64,000 bases of DNA from Felis catus (taxonomy: Eukaryota), in assembly GCF_018350175.1 (NCBI RefSeq), contig NC_058368.1, positions 205,842,001 to 205,906,000 on the forward strand, given 5' to 3'. The translations under genes and the position numbers were made by a program. Shown piece after piece: positions 37,299 to 51,280 of the stretch (position 1 is its first letter; each line of letters begins with the position of its first letter). The notes under the pieces are model-generated. The model worked only from the letters and a program-made list of their open reading frames with translations. It was not told where the DNA came from and did no database searches.

Positions 37299-39616
37299 AA
37301 AAGGTCTCATCTTTATATACTCTACAGAGTTCACTCTTCAACACCTAGAATGATGCCTCCATTACCTAGCACAGTGCCTGATGCAGTAGCATTTGGTCTA
37401 AAAGGATTGAATGAAAACTATGGCATCACTAGCCAGAAGAATCCAAGAGTGCAAGACTCTGAGTTTATGTTTCCATGGCTTGATCAATTAGAAGATATGT
37501 TGATTACCCTGTGGGGCACAGTGCACTCAAAATCACATCTGCTTGCCACTGTGCTCATTTCCAAAAGGGAAAGATACTGGCTACCAAGATTTATTTTTGA
37601 ATAAATAGATAAGACATGGATTCATCAGACTTCAACCCCTATAATGAAGTCTCATTTATTATAATGATTAGAGCAAAGCTTTCTTGTGGATGGTGGAAAG
37701 CCCAACTGAGAGAGGGCTGTGGACTTGTATTTAAGTAAGAAAGCATGGCTAAAAATGGGCACCTTTGCAACCCAGTTGAGTTGTTTGGCCGTAAAACAGT
37801 AAGCTAGAATCTCAGTTTATCACCACTAGGTACCTATGTAGGTACATAGTAACTAGAAGACTCCCTCTTCATTTTAGATTCAAGTTATAGATTAGAAACA
37901 TGGAGGAGGGTCTAAGAAATCCAAAAAGAGTGATAGAAACTTTCTTCTCTACCATGACCTTGACTATTTCCCTGCCTCCTTTAAAACCTCCAATAAGGTA
38001 AGAAGAATGATTCCTAGGCAAAGCAGGTTGGGTGAACAAAGATTGAAAACCCAACAGCAAGCCAACTCATTTATAAGTGAAAAGTTCGGCTGAGGGCAAG
38101 GAACGTTTCCAGTTTACATAATTCTAAGTAATTCACTTAAGTGGAAAAACTTAAATTTGTAGGGCTCTTGGCAATTTTCAAGGGTATTTACAGTCATGAT
38201 TATATCTGAGCCTTCCCCATAACTCTGAGATAGAGTGATATATTTTCACCCTGCACACTGCACAGAGTCAGTCATTTGCAGACATGGCTCAAGTAGTCAG
38301 TCTTCGTTTCGAGAAATACTTTTTCATGGAAAGGAAGCTGGCCATTCTGGGCATTAACATAGCAGTGGAGAAATGTGATAGTGATGGCATGGCCTTCCTC
38401 AGGTTGCCTGTTAGTGGTAGAGCCAGGTTCAGAATCAAGGACTTATAATTCTCAAGTCATTTTTACTGATTTTGTTTTCTACTCAATTCCACTAGATGTG
38501 ATAGTGTGAAGTAAATAAGAAAGTTTACTAAATTTTACTAAGAAAAGTAAATCAGCATTATGGACCTTCTTTATTTGTCATCAGAAATAGTAGCAAAGAG
38601 TGTTTAAAAATGGCAAGTATTTTATCAGCAATGTTTTTCATATTTATTGTAAATACTGTACTTCAGTAGGATATTAAGAAAAGTTTCTGTTTGTTTTTTA
38701 AGTGCCAATCCTTTTTTATCCCCTAAAATGGAATGGAATACCAGGAATAAGACGTGTTATAAAATACATTTTCTGTTATTTGTAGCTAAGAACGCCACAC
38801 ATCTGAAGATATTTTCAAATGATTTCTACTTAATGACTTCCAGTGGGACGGAAGTTCCTAATAAAATTATTCTTTGGGTTCTTTCCTGCTGATTTGATCT
38901 TTTAGTTGAAAAGTATTCATTAATTCTTTCACTTGAAAATAGCACTGTCCCTGTGCAACAGTTCCCTCTCAGACGATTCCACCTTAAAGAAAGTTCTTCC
39001 CTGACCGTGTGTCTCCTAGGGGCAGGGCTGGTAAAACTGATGAACAGCTGGCCCACACGTCATCAAAGACAATGCCCATCATTAGTGCTGCTGTCTGATT
39101 CACCACCAACTTCTCCTTGTAAGTTCCTTTTCAAATTTGAACTTGGATTGTTTGAAAGAAAAGTTTTCAATCTGTAGTGGTGAAGGGATATACGGGATTT
39201 TTATAATTGTACTTCACGTCTAGAACGGAGAAACTAAGGACACCTAGCATTCAACTTTTGGTTAATTGATAGATCAGTTAATTGATATGTCAGTGATATA
39301 TAAAATACATTTTGTTGTCTCTAGGGAGGTTTTGATATTTTAATATGTTAGTTATTTAATTTCATAGTATCATGTCATGTGTTTTCAAGGACACTGTGTG
39401 AGGTCAAGTTCAAAATTCAGTTGTAAGCAAATACTCTGATATAAGGCAGATTGTGGTGCACGCTGGTCACTTCATTCCCTAAAAGAAACTGTTTCTTCAT
39501 TATTCCACAGAAGTGCTGCTGATGGAAGGACCCAGGAGAGCAGCATCTGTATAAAAACATGCAGTTGTAGGAGTGATTCAATAGAATTTTGGAAGTTAAT
39601 TGAGATTCCAGAAAAC

Positions 39617-39647
39617 ATACACACATACACATGCACACAACACACAC

Positions 39648-39690
<43 letters not shown>
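39617..39690. repeat. (CA)n microsatellite
   Basis: Interrupted, then nearly perfect CA run. Confidence 0.95.
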
Positions 39691-39693
<3 letters not shown>

Positions 39694-40804
39694 CCTCTTT
39701 TCTGAATTTTCAACAACTCTTCACATCACTAGCATCAGGCTCCTGTCACCTCTCTATGCCAGTGTCTTTCCTTCTATTCCAGCTTGAATCAGTTCTATAA
39801 TAACGTTTAAAGTCTTACCCCTGCAGACTCCCCTCAGATAACCCAGGACTGTTCTGTCATGAGGAAGCATTTTTTTTCACCTTTTTTTTGGTGGGGGGGG
39901 GGGGCGGACATTTTTATAGTATTATAAATTAACGTAAAGGAGGATTTTAGTGAGGGAAAAAGTGTAGCAATTGTTCTTTTAGGACCACATTTCAAACCCT
40001 CCCCTAAAATTTAACCAGACACTGTTGGTAATAATGCTCATCTTTCATATAGCACATTCTATGTTCATTGACTCTTAGAATCAATAGCTAGTTAATTAAT
40101 GACTTAATTAAAGCTAGAGTGAGCACCAGCCCTAAGGAAGGGCAGCATCGTCACTGTGTCATCTTGCCATGCCCTGCTTCTCAATTTGCTAAGTGCAGAC
40201 TCAATTAGGCAGGCAGATAGTTCACATGGCCAAATATTTGCATGCCTATGTGATTCCAAATTTTGAAAAATTATATCATTTCAAATTTCTCTGTATATGT
40301 ACAGGTTTTTCTGATGTTGATATCTTAACTCTAAAACAACCCAGAGGAGACTTACCTGGATGGCTAACATCCCCTGACAAGGTTATTGCTACTGCCAGCT
40401 GGAGCTACCTCTGAGAAGCCCAAAACTTCCATTTCTCCTCTGCTCCTACTCCTTAGTCTCCAGCAGCTATCCAGCCTCACACCATTCTTGAGGGCTTTTC
40501 TACAGTTCTGGGGGGATCTCAGCTCCTACATGCTGTATATCTTCCTTGGCGGCAGCAGAAAGGAGATTGCCTGAGCTAAAGAGGGAGAAGAATGTGTAAG
40601 GTAGCAAGCTTGTGTTGACTTTTCTATAAGCAGAGCTCCTGCCCCTGCACTAGCATTGCCGAATAATACCTTCCCGCTTCCTTCAGAAGCCGTTAATTCC
40701 AGAGAAAAGGTGATGATGCAAACATCTCGGAAGCATTACTAGAGAAACAGTCAAAATAATCTGACCATACTAAGAGAACAATAGTACCCAGAATGAGGGT
40801 GGAA

Positions 40805-41050
40805 ATACTCTGTTATACTCTACACCCAAGTTAGAAAATTGCATTATTTTCCAGGTACCTCTTTTGGAGGAAGTATCAACAAAGTGGAGTGTCCAGAAGA
40901 GATTGACAAATACAATAAGAATGTTCCAAACTGGGGGCGCCTGGGAAGCTCAGTTGGTTAAGCACTCAACTCTTGATTTCAGGTCAGGTCATGATCCTCT
41001 GTCAGTTTTCTAAATATGGCAAGGAGAAAATCTATAAGAAAGAAGGAGAA
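40805..41050 (+). mobile_element. Degenerate CR1/L3-like fragment, interrupted by a SINE head
   Basis: ...gaagtatcaacaaagtggagtgtccagaagag... resembles CR1/L3 gacattgacaaactggagcgtgtccagaggag. Confidence 0.5.
40933..40997 (+). mobile_element. CAN-SINE head only (3' part missing)
   Basis: gggggcgcctgggaagctcagttggttaagcactcaactcttgatttcaggtcaggtcatgatc ends abruptly; no B-box, CT tract, tail or TSD. Confidence 0.88.
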
Positions 41051-42190
41051 TGTATTAACAAATTATATACATATATGGCACCTCCATGGTTCAGCAATAT
41101 TTGCTTTATATTATTAAGTTTCTAGGAATTTTCCATGTTGTCAAAGAATGCTGAAGTGGATAATTTAAAAAGTGTCAGATAACATGATATCCCAAAGATA
41201 CAACAAGCAGATAACACAATGGAAAACACGCTTCTCATACTAATTGACCTAAACTTTTGCATTCTTTTGGTACTATGAAAAGACTCTGTAAGATCACTGT
41301 CAGGAGGAAGTTATAGAATTAATAGCGTAATGGATATTATTCTCTTGCAGAACGGATGACGAATCATTCCTTTCCTCCTTGCACCTGTGGTTGTCACTGA
41401 TTAAGGAGCAAAGGCCAAAGAAATCACCCCTGATAATTATGCATGATTACATGGGCCCACAGACACATGAACACATTAGCAGTTGGGATATTATGATCCA
41501 ATTACATTCTGTGTGTGTTTGTTCTACCTGTTAGCATTTTCTCTAAGGAAGGTGAAATTTCTGAATTTGGCTTTTTAAAACATTGAACATCTGATTTGGA
41601 TGCTAAAGCACATTCATCTTTGAAAGAATGTGTCAGGGACATGGAGTTACACAGCGTACTTTACACAAAAGTCTGTGCTGATGTAATAAATACCTCCCCC
41701 CCTCCCCAGCTTCTGCTGAGCAATTTGGATTGAAAAAGTCTTCCATTAGAGTGGCCATGACAAACATTTTCTTTAGAAGTAGGTTTGGATTTTCTGAGCC
41801 TGATATATTATTCATGGCATAATGGCATAGAGGAAAATTCTAACAGATGATTAAAGGAAGATTATGTGGTGAGAGTTTCTAAGTAGTCTAATTTTGGTTG
41901 CCTTTCTGCTTTGCCAGAGGGAGTAGAGGTACCCATGTGAGTCTGCACCGTGCATGGCACTAAACATAAATGCAGTTTTCCTCTGGCGATCTCCTCCCAC
42001 CTGCCCTCCAAAAACAAACAAACAACCCTCAAACTAGCCTAAGACCGACGCTGTTTGCATTTTGGAAATGGAAACGTGGTTTCAATTTCTCCATCTCACT
42101 GAGTTTGCCAAAGGCCGCTCTTGATTCCTACTTTGGTTGAAAGAGAAGATCTACTGATCACAGAATTCCTGGCCAACTAAATTGGAGACT

Positions 42191-42630
42191 TGTAGGTTGG
42201 GTTTCCCAAGAAACGCACTCTGAGGTGCTGAGATCTGTATGCAGAAGTTTTGTTCTGGAGCTCCCTTGGGATCCATGCCTATGGCAGAGTGGAGGAGACA
42301 GGATAAGGCGGAGAGAGGAGCTGGGCTGGGCTGCAGTCTCAACAAAGGCCTCAGCCAAGCCCACAGAAGCTCTGGACTGGGATGAATCTTCAAAATTGTC
42401 CCACTTTGAGGCAGGTGCCTCTATATACTCCTCCCCAGTGTGAGTCATTAGACTCAGGCTGTCCTCAGAGAGGGTATGTCACCTTGAGTGAGGTGGCTTT
42501 CTTTGCCTGAGGGCAGTTCTTGGACAGAAACTCAGCTCAGAGGTGGCCACCAACAACACTCAGCCACTGGGAGAATGAGCCATCCCAGTCTGGAAGGATG
42601 GATGTGGGCGCTCTTCATGGCAGTCACTAT
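42191..42630 (-). mobile_element. ERVL solo LTR (LTR16C-like)
   Basis: gggtttcccaagaaacgcactctgag..., tgcagtctcaacaaaggcctcagcc, accttgagtgaggtggct...ctgagggcagtt match the LTR16 family as recalled. Confidence 0.8.
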
Positions 42631-42779
42631 GCATTTTATACGTAGAGTAACTTTTTCCATCACTTGCCTTAAGGTAACCTAAAACTAGGAAAAATGAAAA
42701 ATTCAAGGTAGCTAACATTTATTCGTTGTCTAATGTGTCCTGGGCACTTTAAGCGTTAGCGAACGGTAAAAATGGAAGA

Positions 42780-43205
42780 GGAGCTAATACTTATGGAGTT
42801 CTGATCTTTCAGGCATTATGCTAAATTTTATATACATGTCATTCCATTGAATCTTCACGTTCATTCTCTCTTTTTATTCTGTTTCAAGAGTGAGGAAGAT
42901 AAAGCTAGAAGAGTTGAAGTGACTTGCCTCAAGTAACACAAGTATAGATGAGAGTGCAGGGTGTGAATTCAGAGTCTGCTCCAAAGTCTTCACTCTTCAC
43001 CTCTATGCTGTACCACCTATCTATATTATATTGTTTTAGTTTATTCTTGCAAAAACACTATGAGGCATGTACCATTATATGCCCAAATTACAATGGAGAA
43101 ACTTCACATTGGGGAGGTTCCATAACCTTCCTTGAGGTCACATTTCATTAGTAACTCAAATAAGGCTCTGTCTGATTCTAAAGATTTTGCTTTTTCCACT
43201 GCCCC
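42780..43205. mobile_element. Two adjacent MIR fragments
   Basis: aatacttatggag...aggcattatgctaa...tgaggaa...aagtgacttgcc and ggagaaact...gaggtcaca...gtctgattctaaag. Confidence 0.6.
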
Positions 43206-44878
43206 TATATCGATTGTTGGCAGTCCATTAAAACTCGATAAATACTCACTTAACTTATGAGTCCTTAGAGAGTAGTTTTTATTTAGCCTCACGAATTTAT
43301 AAGAGTCCATGGAATGTTTCCATTGGAATTAAAGTGTGTGTCAAGAAAGAGGCCAGCAGCTAGTTCACGAGGCCAGAGGAAGCTTTGGGGACATCTCCAT
43401 TTGCTTCCATGCAAGGCTATTAGAGCAATTAAGCAATGTCTTATTTGCAGCAGTTCAGGCAATTCCAGAATTAGTTCCATAATTAAGGCAAAGACCATGT
43501 CTGATCCATATCTGTATCTGTCCCAACAACTGCCACATGGTAAGTACTCTGTAAACATTTGTTGACAGTACAAGGGACTACATGAATGTGATGGAGACCA
43601 GTGGTTACCAGGATTTCACCTTCAAGGACCTTTTACCACATTTTCTCCTCAGAGAGCCTGTCCTCTCTTAATAAATGTTTATTTGATAAGTAATAACTTG
43701 TCGCCCCATTGTTAAAATTAAATGCATACAGAATTCCACTAGAACTGCCAATAAACAATAGGTACTCAACACTAAAACTGAATTAATACCATGATCCTGC
43801 CAGCACTAAAGAAAAGTGGCATTTCAGTTAACGTGTGGGACGACAGTTCATGGGTGACTGATTTCTGTGGTGGCTTACATTACAACCTCTGATTATCCCC
43901 CCAAGCAGGGAATCATTGAGAGCCAAGGGATCAACCTGGAGAGTCCTTGAGATGTTTGTTCCCAGCGAAATCAGAAATGTCAAATTTGCTTTCAGGGTCC
44001 GTTCAACTGTGGCTCTTTTGTAGCCAATGGAAATCTTTCCGAAGAGCAGAAAGGCAGGACAGATGCCCACAGATAGAAACTGTACTGAATGAAGTCAATT
44101 GCTTCTGAACTTTGAGTACCTGAACATTGCCCCGAGTGAGGGGCTATCTGGTGTGGAGGAATAAACTGAGGTGAAAACCCCTGACCCCGCACAGAGGTGT
44201 TCATAATCGTGAGCTGCTACCCTTGAATGAAACCCGTTGTGTGCCTCCTGGCAATCTAAATCTCAACATCCAGAAGGGTCTCTGTGTTTAGAATTTGCAA
44301 TGCTTTATTGCTCGCTTGCTCCCTTAAAAAATTAGCAGACCAGAGAGTCCCTGCTCAGTGGGAAGCTGACCCCTCCCCCTCTGTTCTCCGAGCAGGGTTA
44401 CGGCTTATGCTGCAACATTGGCTGGGAGCAAATGATGAGCCTGCAGACACAGGACATTTTATGAGCTCTAAACACCATTCTTCTTGTAGTTTCTATGATC
44501 TTGTTTTAATTGAAAATGAATTTTTAACGGTTTTGTTCCACGCCACACTAAGAAGCTCCTGTTGCCAGCATCAAAGGAAAGGAATGGCGTCCTTTGCTTT
44601 GATTTGACTGCATTGCTTTTTGCTAAACAAACGCAAAAATAAACTAAACAACCTGTCCGGCATGGGAAGGAGGTGAGATAGCTTTCATGTACTCGTGGGG
44701 ACTTGGAATGTATCCCTTTGAAAACTTAAAGCCACTAGTAAGGGTGATGATGAAGGCAGGTCCGTCCCCTGCCTGATATGCCTCATATGACAGCAGCTCT
44801 TATGTCCTTATCCCATGGCCCCCAAAACATGTCTGCTTTCATGGTTGTGCTGAGTCACGTTTAAACCACCCTGTCCCG

Positions 44879-45089
44879 AGAGACACCCGGGTGGTTCAGT
44901 CGATTAGGCATCTGACTTCAGTTCAGGTCATGATCTCATGGTTCATGAGTTCTAGCCCCACGTCAGGTTCTGTGCTGTCAGCACAGAGCCCAGAGTCTGC
45001 TTCGGATTCTGTATCTCCCTCTCTCTCTGTTCCTTCCCTGCTCGCACTCTGTCTGTATCTTTCTCAAAAATAAATATTAAAAAAAAATT
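44879..45089 (+). mobile_element. Older CAN-SINE
   Basis: gggtggttcagtcgattaggcatctgacttcagttcaggtcatgatctc body with A tail. Confidence 0.92.
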
Positions 45090-46962
45090 GAGCAACCCCG
45101 GACCTTACATTTGAATCGTACCCTCATAGATATCATCACTTTGTGTGTGGGTGCGTCTACCTCCGAGTGCTATTATTTCTAATTTTACAATTAGGGGAAT
45201 TTGGGATACAGAGGGTTTGCATAATTTATGCAAGATTATAAATAAAACACATTACTGTAGTCAGGACCAGAACTGAAGTTTCTCTCTTAATACCAACCCA
45301 GGTTTTGCTTTCCTGTTATTTGTTATTGTTTTGGTTTTTTCTTTGTAACAAATCTCTTTCCCCTACTAGACTGTATGTGCCGGGAGAGCAAGGACTGTGT
45401 CTGTTTCTGACCCCCACTGTGTTCTCAGCACACCGTAAGAGGTGCTTCATAAATATTTGTTGAACAGATGTCTTTATGAAGCTACAAATGGAGTTTTAAG
45501 CAGAGAATCTAGAAAAGTCAAGGAGAGAGGGCTTTCGTCCTTTCACTGCCAGAGAGGGGAAAATTCAGACCAGCTATGTGTGTAGTCATGCCTTTAATTA
45601 TTTTCTGTTTTACACCTAATGGCTGCAGTAATTTAGTTCTGCAAGTATGTAGTGTAGGTCATAGGAAGGCACGGGAAGGCTTTAGTCTCCTACTTAGGAA
45701 AGCTCAAGTCCTCTAAAATCTCTAGAGTTGTTTGTGAGGGCATTTGTCTTATAGGTAATTCATGACTTCCTTCTTCCTCTGTGTGCAATTCTAGGGGAAG
45801 AGGATTTTTTGAAAAATGAGCTATTTTCATCAGGCATAAATCAGATATGCAGCTTCCTGAACAGAAACAGGTTTAGCAAGGAATGATAAGCCTTGTATTT
45901 TAGGAAGTTATGATTTATGAGATAACCCATCTGTCTACCTGAGGTTATTTCTAAGCTTCTTTCAGGGTTTAAACCTACAGATGCAAAAGCCCTGCCTTTT
46001 ATCACTGTATCCTTTGGTGAATAAAACACCAACCTTTTACGCAAGGGCTTCTCTTTATTTTGTCTTTCTTTTCTTTACCTTTTCAAGTGAAATTTCTAAG
46101 CTCTCAGAAACAGCCAGACTGACAGGAAATCACATTTTAAAATATGTCGGACTTGATTTTAATTAATTGGTCCTGGGTGACTCAGTTGCTCATGGAAAGA
46201 AAGACCTGTGATCGTAATTTTAAACTTTGCTGATCAACAAAAATCCATATCTCAGGAGAGGCTGGGTCTGGGACAGGCAGTAATGAGGCCCTGACATTTT
46301 CATTTGTAATCTTTATCCCCAAGGCCATCAGAGAGTTCTGTAAAAATTAATGAAATGAATTTGGAGATCCTATTTCATTCAATAAAAGAAACATGTCATT
46401 GTTTAATTAAATGCATTCAAATAAAATTCACTGAACGATCCAAGTATTTTATTATCTACAATCATTCATTCATAACTGCAAAAAACCCACAGTTTCAAGA
46501 AGTTAGAGAAGTAACATATATAAAATGCATTTGTGGTAAAAGTATTATGTGTATACACACACACACTTGAATATAAATTTGACATGGATTCCTAGTATAT
46601 CTAAATCTAATTAAATGATAAGTAATTAGAATTAATCATGAACACTAATATGAAATTGATAGTAAATGAATCTGATTAAGTTTAATTCTGATATACTTTA
46701 TTCTTATAAAGATAATGGTCACTACTATCATTATTATTACACAGATTCTCCCAACACTGTATGTGTAAGGCAGGGAAAATCATTGTACAAATTGGTCAAG
46801 TTAATTTAAAAAACACACACACTTTCGTTCAACAAAATAGCGTGAATTCACAAACTCAAATCTGTGGCAGTAGCCACAGTGAGGAAAACCGAGCAGGCTT
46901 TTCACGAATTATGTTGCGGCATACATCTCTATTCCCAAAGTAATTTAAAAACATAAAACCTG

Positions 46963-47460
46963 TTCATTTACTCAGTAAATGTTTATTGAGCACTTAGTCT
47001 ATGCCAGGCACTACCATAAGCATTGGGGATACATCAGTGGGAAAACAAACAGTCCTCCTCCTCAAAGCGATTGCAGTCTAGTCGGGGAGACAGATATTGA
47101 TCAAATACATAAATATAATTACAATTCTGACTAGCATTTTGAAGCCGTGACATTTAAACTATCACCTGAAAGACGAGTGAGGTGGCCAAGTAAAGGGGCA
47201 TAAAAGAGAAGACATTCTAATAAAAAACAGGCAAACAACAAAACAGCATCTACAAAGTTCCCTGAGCAAACTCAGGCTGGTCCAGAAGCAAGACTGAGGA
47301 CGTGGCTAGAATCCAACCAGGGAAAGAGTGACCGGAGACGCAAGTGGAGAAGCCGTTAGTGGTAGTTGTTTCATAGGCCAGTTAAGGATTTTTACCTTTG
47401 TGCTCAGAGCACAAAGAAGTGATTGAAGCATCCTAAGTAGGAGATTGACATGAATTAATA
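46963..47460 (-). mobile_element. L2 3' fragment
   Basis: ttcatttactcagtaaatgtttattgagcact...tatgccaggcact is the reverse complement of the L2 3' end. Confidence 0.75.
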
Positions 47461-49314
47461 AGTCAAGGTCAGCACACTGAGGGTTGCTGAACTCAGTACT
47501 TTCAACTCCTTTTTTTTTCCTTGAAATCTTTTCAGAACCGATTCTCAAAGCCAACGCTTCAGAAGACCTCTGGCCGCCATTTCTCTCCCCTCTTGTTGTT
47601 CCTTGGAGGGAGGTTATCCGGACTCCCGCAGATGTGCCTGTTTCTGCCCTAAGAAGCCTGCAATCTGTTTGAAGATGCCTTTCCTCGGGAGAGCTCCACA
47701 GTCCAGAGAAGGGCTTTGAGGCTTCCTTTGGTTCTGAAACTGCTTGCTCTTTTGCCAACTTAATTAGCATCTGTAGTGGGACGAGCATACTCAGATGTTT
47801 GCCACAACTGTGTGCCTAGAAACAAAGCCCTTCCCAGGACATTTCCCTAAAACCCTCATCACCAGTCTTGCCCTTATAGCACCAGGACCTCTCTCCTCCT
47901 TTCTGTCTTTGATTGGGTTTGTGGACGTTGGAAAGAAATCCCACAGGCTCATTTTTCCATTAAGACTGTATTATGGCTAGGTGGCTGTCAGAATTTCCTG
48001 CTGCCTTCCTTCCTGGAGATTCTGGAGACTGGAGCAGGGCATTGCACAGGCCGTCCCTCAGTGGATATTCGAGACAGTACCACTGACAAAGAGCTAGACA
48101 CTCATCTTAGCACTTTATATGCGCGACTCTAATCCTTGCCCATCTCTGGACAGACCTAGGCTTATGCATGTACTTTCCCTTCTCTTGAAATGCCTTCCTT
48201 CTTTATCTAATGAGTCATGACCAAGTTCAGATGCCACCTGTTTTGTGATCTATTCCTTAAATTCTTCTTTAATTTCTCCTAAGTGACATAAATTATTTCA
48301 TCTAATATGCTCCCATGGAATCCTATGCCCCTGATCATTGTACCATATTATATTGTTACAGTTGGTTCGCATCCATTTTGCTTGTTAGACTTTGTGACAT
48401 CTGAGACCAAGATTTCTAGTTCAACGTTTAAGTTCCACAAGTGTGGGGTTTTTTTCCTTTTAGGTTTCAGGTATTGTGGTAGGTACAGGCAGTATACTGG
48501 TGACTATGATACGATTTTTGTTTTTTGAAAAGTGTGCAGGCACTGAAAGAAAAAGGCATGGAAATGAATTATCTCAATGCCCTGTGCAATGCATAGTCAC
48601 AGAACTATGTTTAAAGGATATAAAGCATAAAGAAAGGAAAGGGTTCTTCACCCAGACTTAAGTGGGAGGGATCAAGATAATGGCTGAGCCAAATCTTAAA
48701 GGGCAAATAGAAATTAGTTAAACCAAGAAGAGGTACTGAAGAAGGAATGGTATTTCATAGAAAGGTAAGGCCTGAAAAAATGCTGAGGGCATGATGAAAC
48801 CACAGGGTGTGGTTAGGGAAAGATACAAGCCTCTCAGTATTGCTGGAGAACAAATTAGCACGTAGGAAGTAATAACAGACGAGGCCAAAGAGGGGTGTGT
48901 GTGGTGGATGGTGTGAGAGAAGTGTAGACAAATTCATCTACACTGCTGGAGAGCTAGATGTATCTTGTAGGTGAGAGAAGAGTTTGTGGTTGTTTTTGTA
49001 GAGAAATAATGAAAAGAGATTGTCCTGGTTGTAGCGTAGAAAAAGCACAGAAAGGACTGTGGGGACAAGGCTATGGCAGCATTTCTCTGAGAGAGATGAA
49101 GTTTTGAACTTCAGGGTGCTTCTAGGGAGCTGTAGTTAGAACCCTCTTCTCCAGAGGTGTGCAGTACATCTTTGTTGAATGAATGAATGACTTAAAAAAC
49201 TACAGTTTAACCAGCTTTTACCATGAAAATTGTTACACTGGGACAATATTTTATTAGCACCAGAGTAGGTCACTCTATCCAACACTAAATATAGTCAAAA
49301 CTTGGTAATTAGCT

Positions 49315-49530
49315 GTACATTTGCATTGTCAATATCAATATTGTGCCCAAAGGGGCAAACCTTGGTTCTCAGGAGGGCAAAAGCAAAATCAACTCTTTTT
49401 GTGTATAAAACACAGATATAGAATCAGTATATCAACACAGTCTATCATGGAGCAGGAGAGTGAGTAGGAAAAACTATTTGTAAAGGCTCCATAGGGGGGC
49501 CATAATGAAAATGGCCATAATGAAAATGCC
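49315..49530 (-). mobile_element. hAT MITE (MER96B-like)
   Basis: actctttttgtgtataaaacacagatata...aaaggctccataggggggccataatgaaaa. Confidence 0.6.
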
Positions 49531-50889
49531 ATTCTAAATAATTATAACTTCAGTAGCATTAGCTGGTTTTAATACAGTATATTGAGTTTTTGTTTAATAT
49601 AATTCTACTTAAAACTGTCTGAGTACTTGAGATACAACCTGGCATTATTACTTGTTTTGTCTTTGGTATCATACTGTCTTCAGGAAAGTATATCTGAACA
49701 GAAATATAGAAGTATTCCCACAACTCAGAGAAATGGCATTTTAAATGTAAAACTCTCTTTTTTTTTCACCTGAGGCCTACACGCTATTCCAAAAGGATGT
49801 TTCATCGATCCTCAGAGCAATCTATTTTATAGGAAACAGAGCAGAGCACTTTCACATTCTCCTAACATCTCCCTATGGGGATGATAATGAGTTGCTAAAT
49901 TCAGGCCCAGGGATTTTAATCTTTGAGTGGTAGAAGGCATCTGAAGAGCTGTTTCTGTGGTGGTCATGGTTCTAAGATGGGAATTAGTTGCTGTGACCTT
50001 GAACTTCAAGGAATCTAGTGAACCAGCACACAGTTAAGGTCAATACATAATGAGCACTGGCCTCAGGGTCATCCTATTCATGCCACCTCCCACCTCCCAA
50101 TTCCTCCCAGGAAATGCCCCAGTTCGGATAACTTTTTCCACAGAGTGTCCACCTTTTCTAAAATGCCAAGACGATTCTGCATTCACAACAGAGAGATATC
50201 TTCTGCTCTGGCAAGTCCAGAAGAACAAGTAATGGAATTCAAACCCGAGTGGCTGCACACACATAGCAAAGGCATCTGCCTTTCTAATCAACTTGAACAC
50301 ACTTGTGTCTGTACTTAGGGATCCAGATTTTTCATTGTAAGGTACAATTATCTTCTGAAACTGTTGCTGTGAAGACCAAATTTCTCCACCTGCCAGTCTA
50401 TTCTATGAAGGCATTTGGATCCATGTCATGCTCGTTTAGAAGCAATTGGATCCTCCCCTATCTGTGTCCAATGGGAAAATGTATATGCTGAAAAACATGG
50501 ATCAGAATTTTTAAGGTATTATCCACCAGATTAAGGTAGTCCAAGGCAGTCGACCCAGTGTTGCCTGGGATAGTGGAGTTTGCTTAGACCAGGTATGCTT
50601 TCTGAGATCTATTCCATTCCATACTTCTGCTTCACAAACCAAAAGGGGCATGGCTTCCTTTTTGCCCTGATTTTCATAATTACATGCTCCTGATTTTCCT
50701 TCTACCTCTATACCTACTTCTCTTTTTCTTTTCTTGAATCAAGTTTTCTGCTCAACCCTCACATGATCTTCAGATTCTCTCTTCTCTTCTCCTTCTGCAA
50801 AATCGGGTAATCTTATCCACTCTTGTAGCTCTAACTCTTCTATGATGGCTTAACAGCACTTTGTGTCCTGAATATCAGATCTTTTTCCA

Positions 50890-51280
50890 AGTAGACACGC
50901 TACCCCTTTAGGGCCATGGTGGTAACTGAAATGCTTTCCCTAGATATTCACATGACTAACTCCCTTGTCTCCTTTAACTTTGCACAAACATCCCCTTATC
51001 CATGAGGCCTATAACCCACCCTATTTTAAGTTGTAATCTATACCACCCCTCTCTACCTGCACATTCCTAATCCTTTTTTGTCTCCATTTTTATAGCTCTT
51101 ATTCCCTCCTATCAAATGACATAACTTATTTAGGATTGTTATTTATTGTTTGTCCCTCTTTATTGGAATGTAAGCTCCTCACAGGTGAATATTTTTATCT
51201 TCTTGGTTCATTCAAGTTTTCCAAGGGCCTCCAGTGGTATCTGGAATATAATAGGTGATCATTAACTGCTTAAAGGATGA
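50890..51280 (+). mobile_element. L2a-like 3' fragment
   Basis: aatgctttccctagatattcacatgactaactccctt...gaatgtaagctcc...ctggaatataataggtgatc. Confidence 0.7.
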
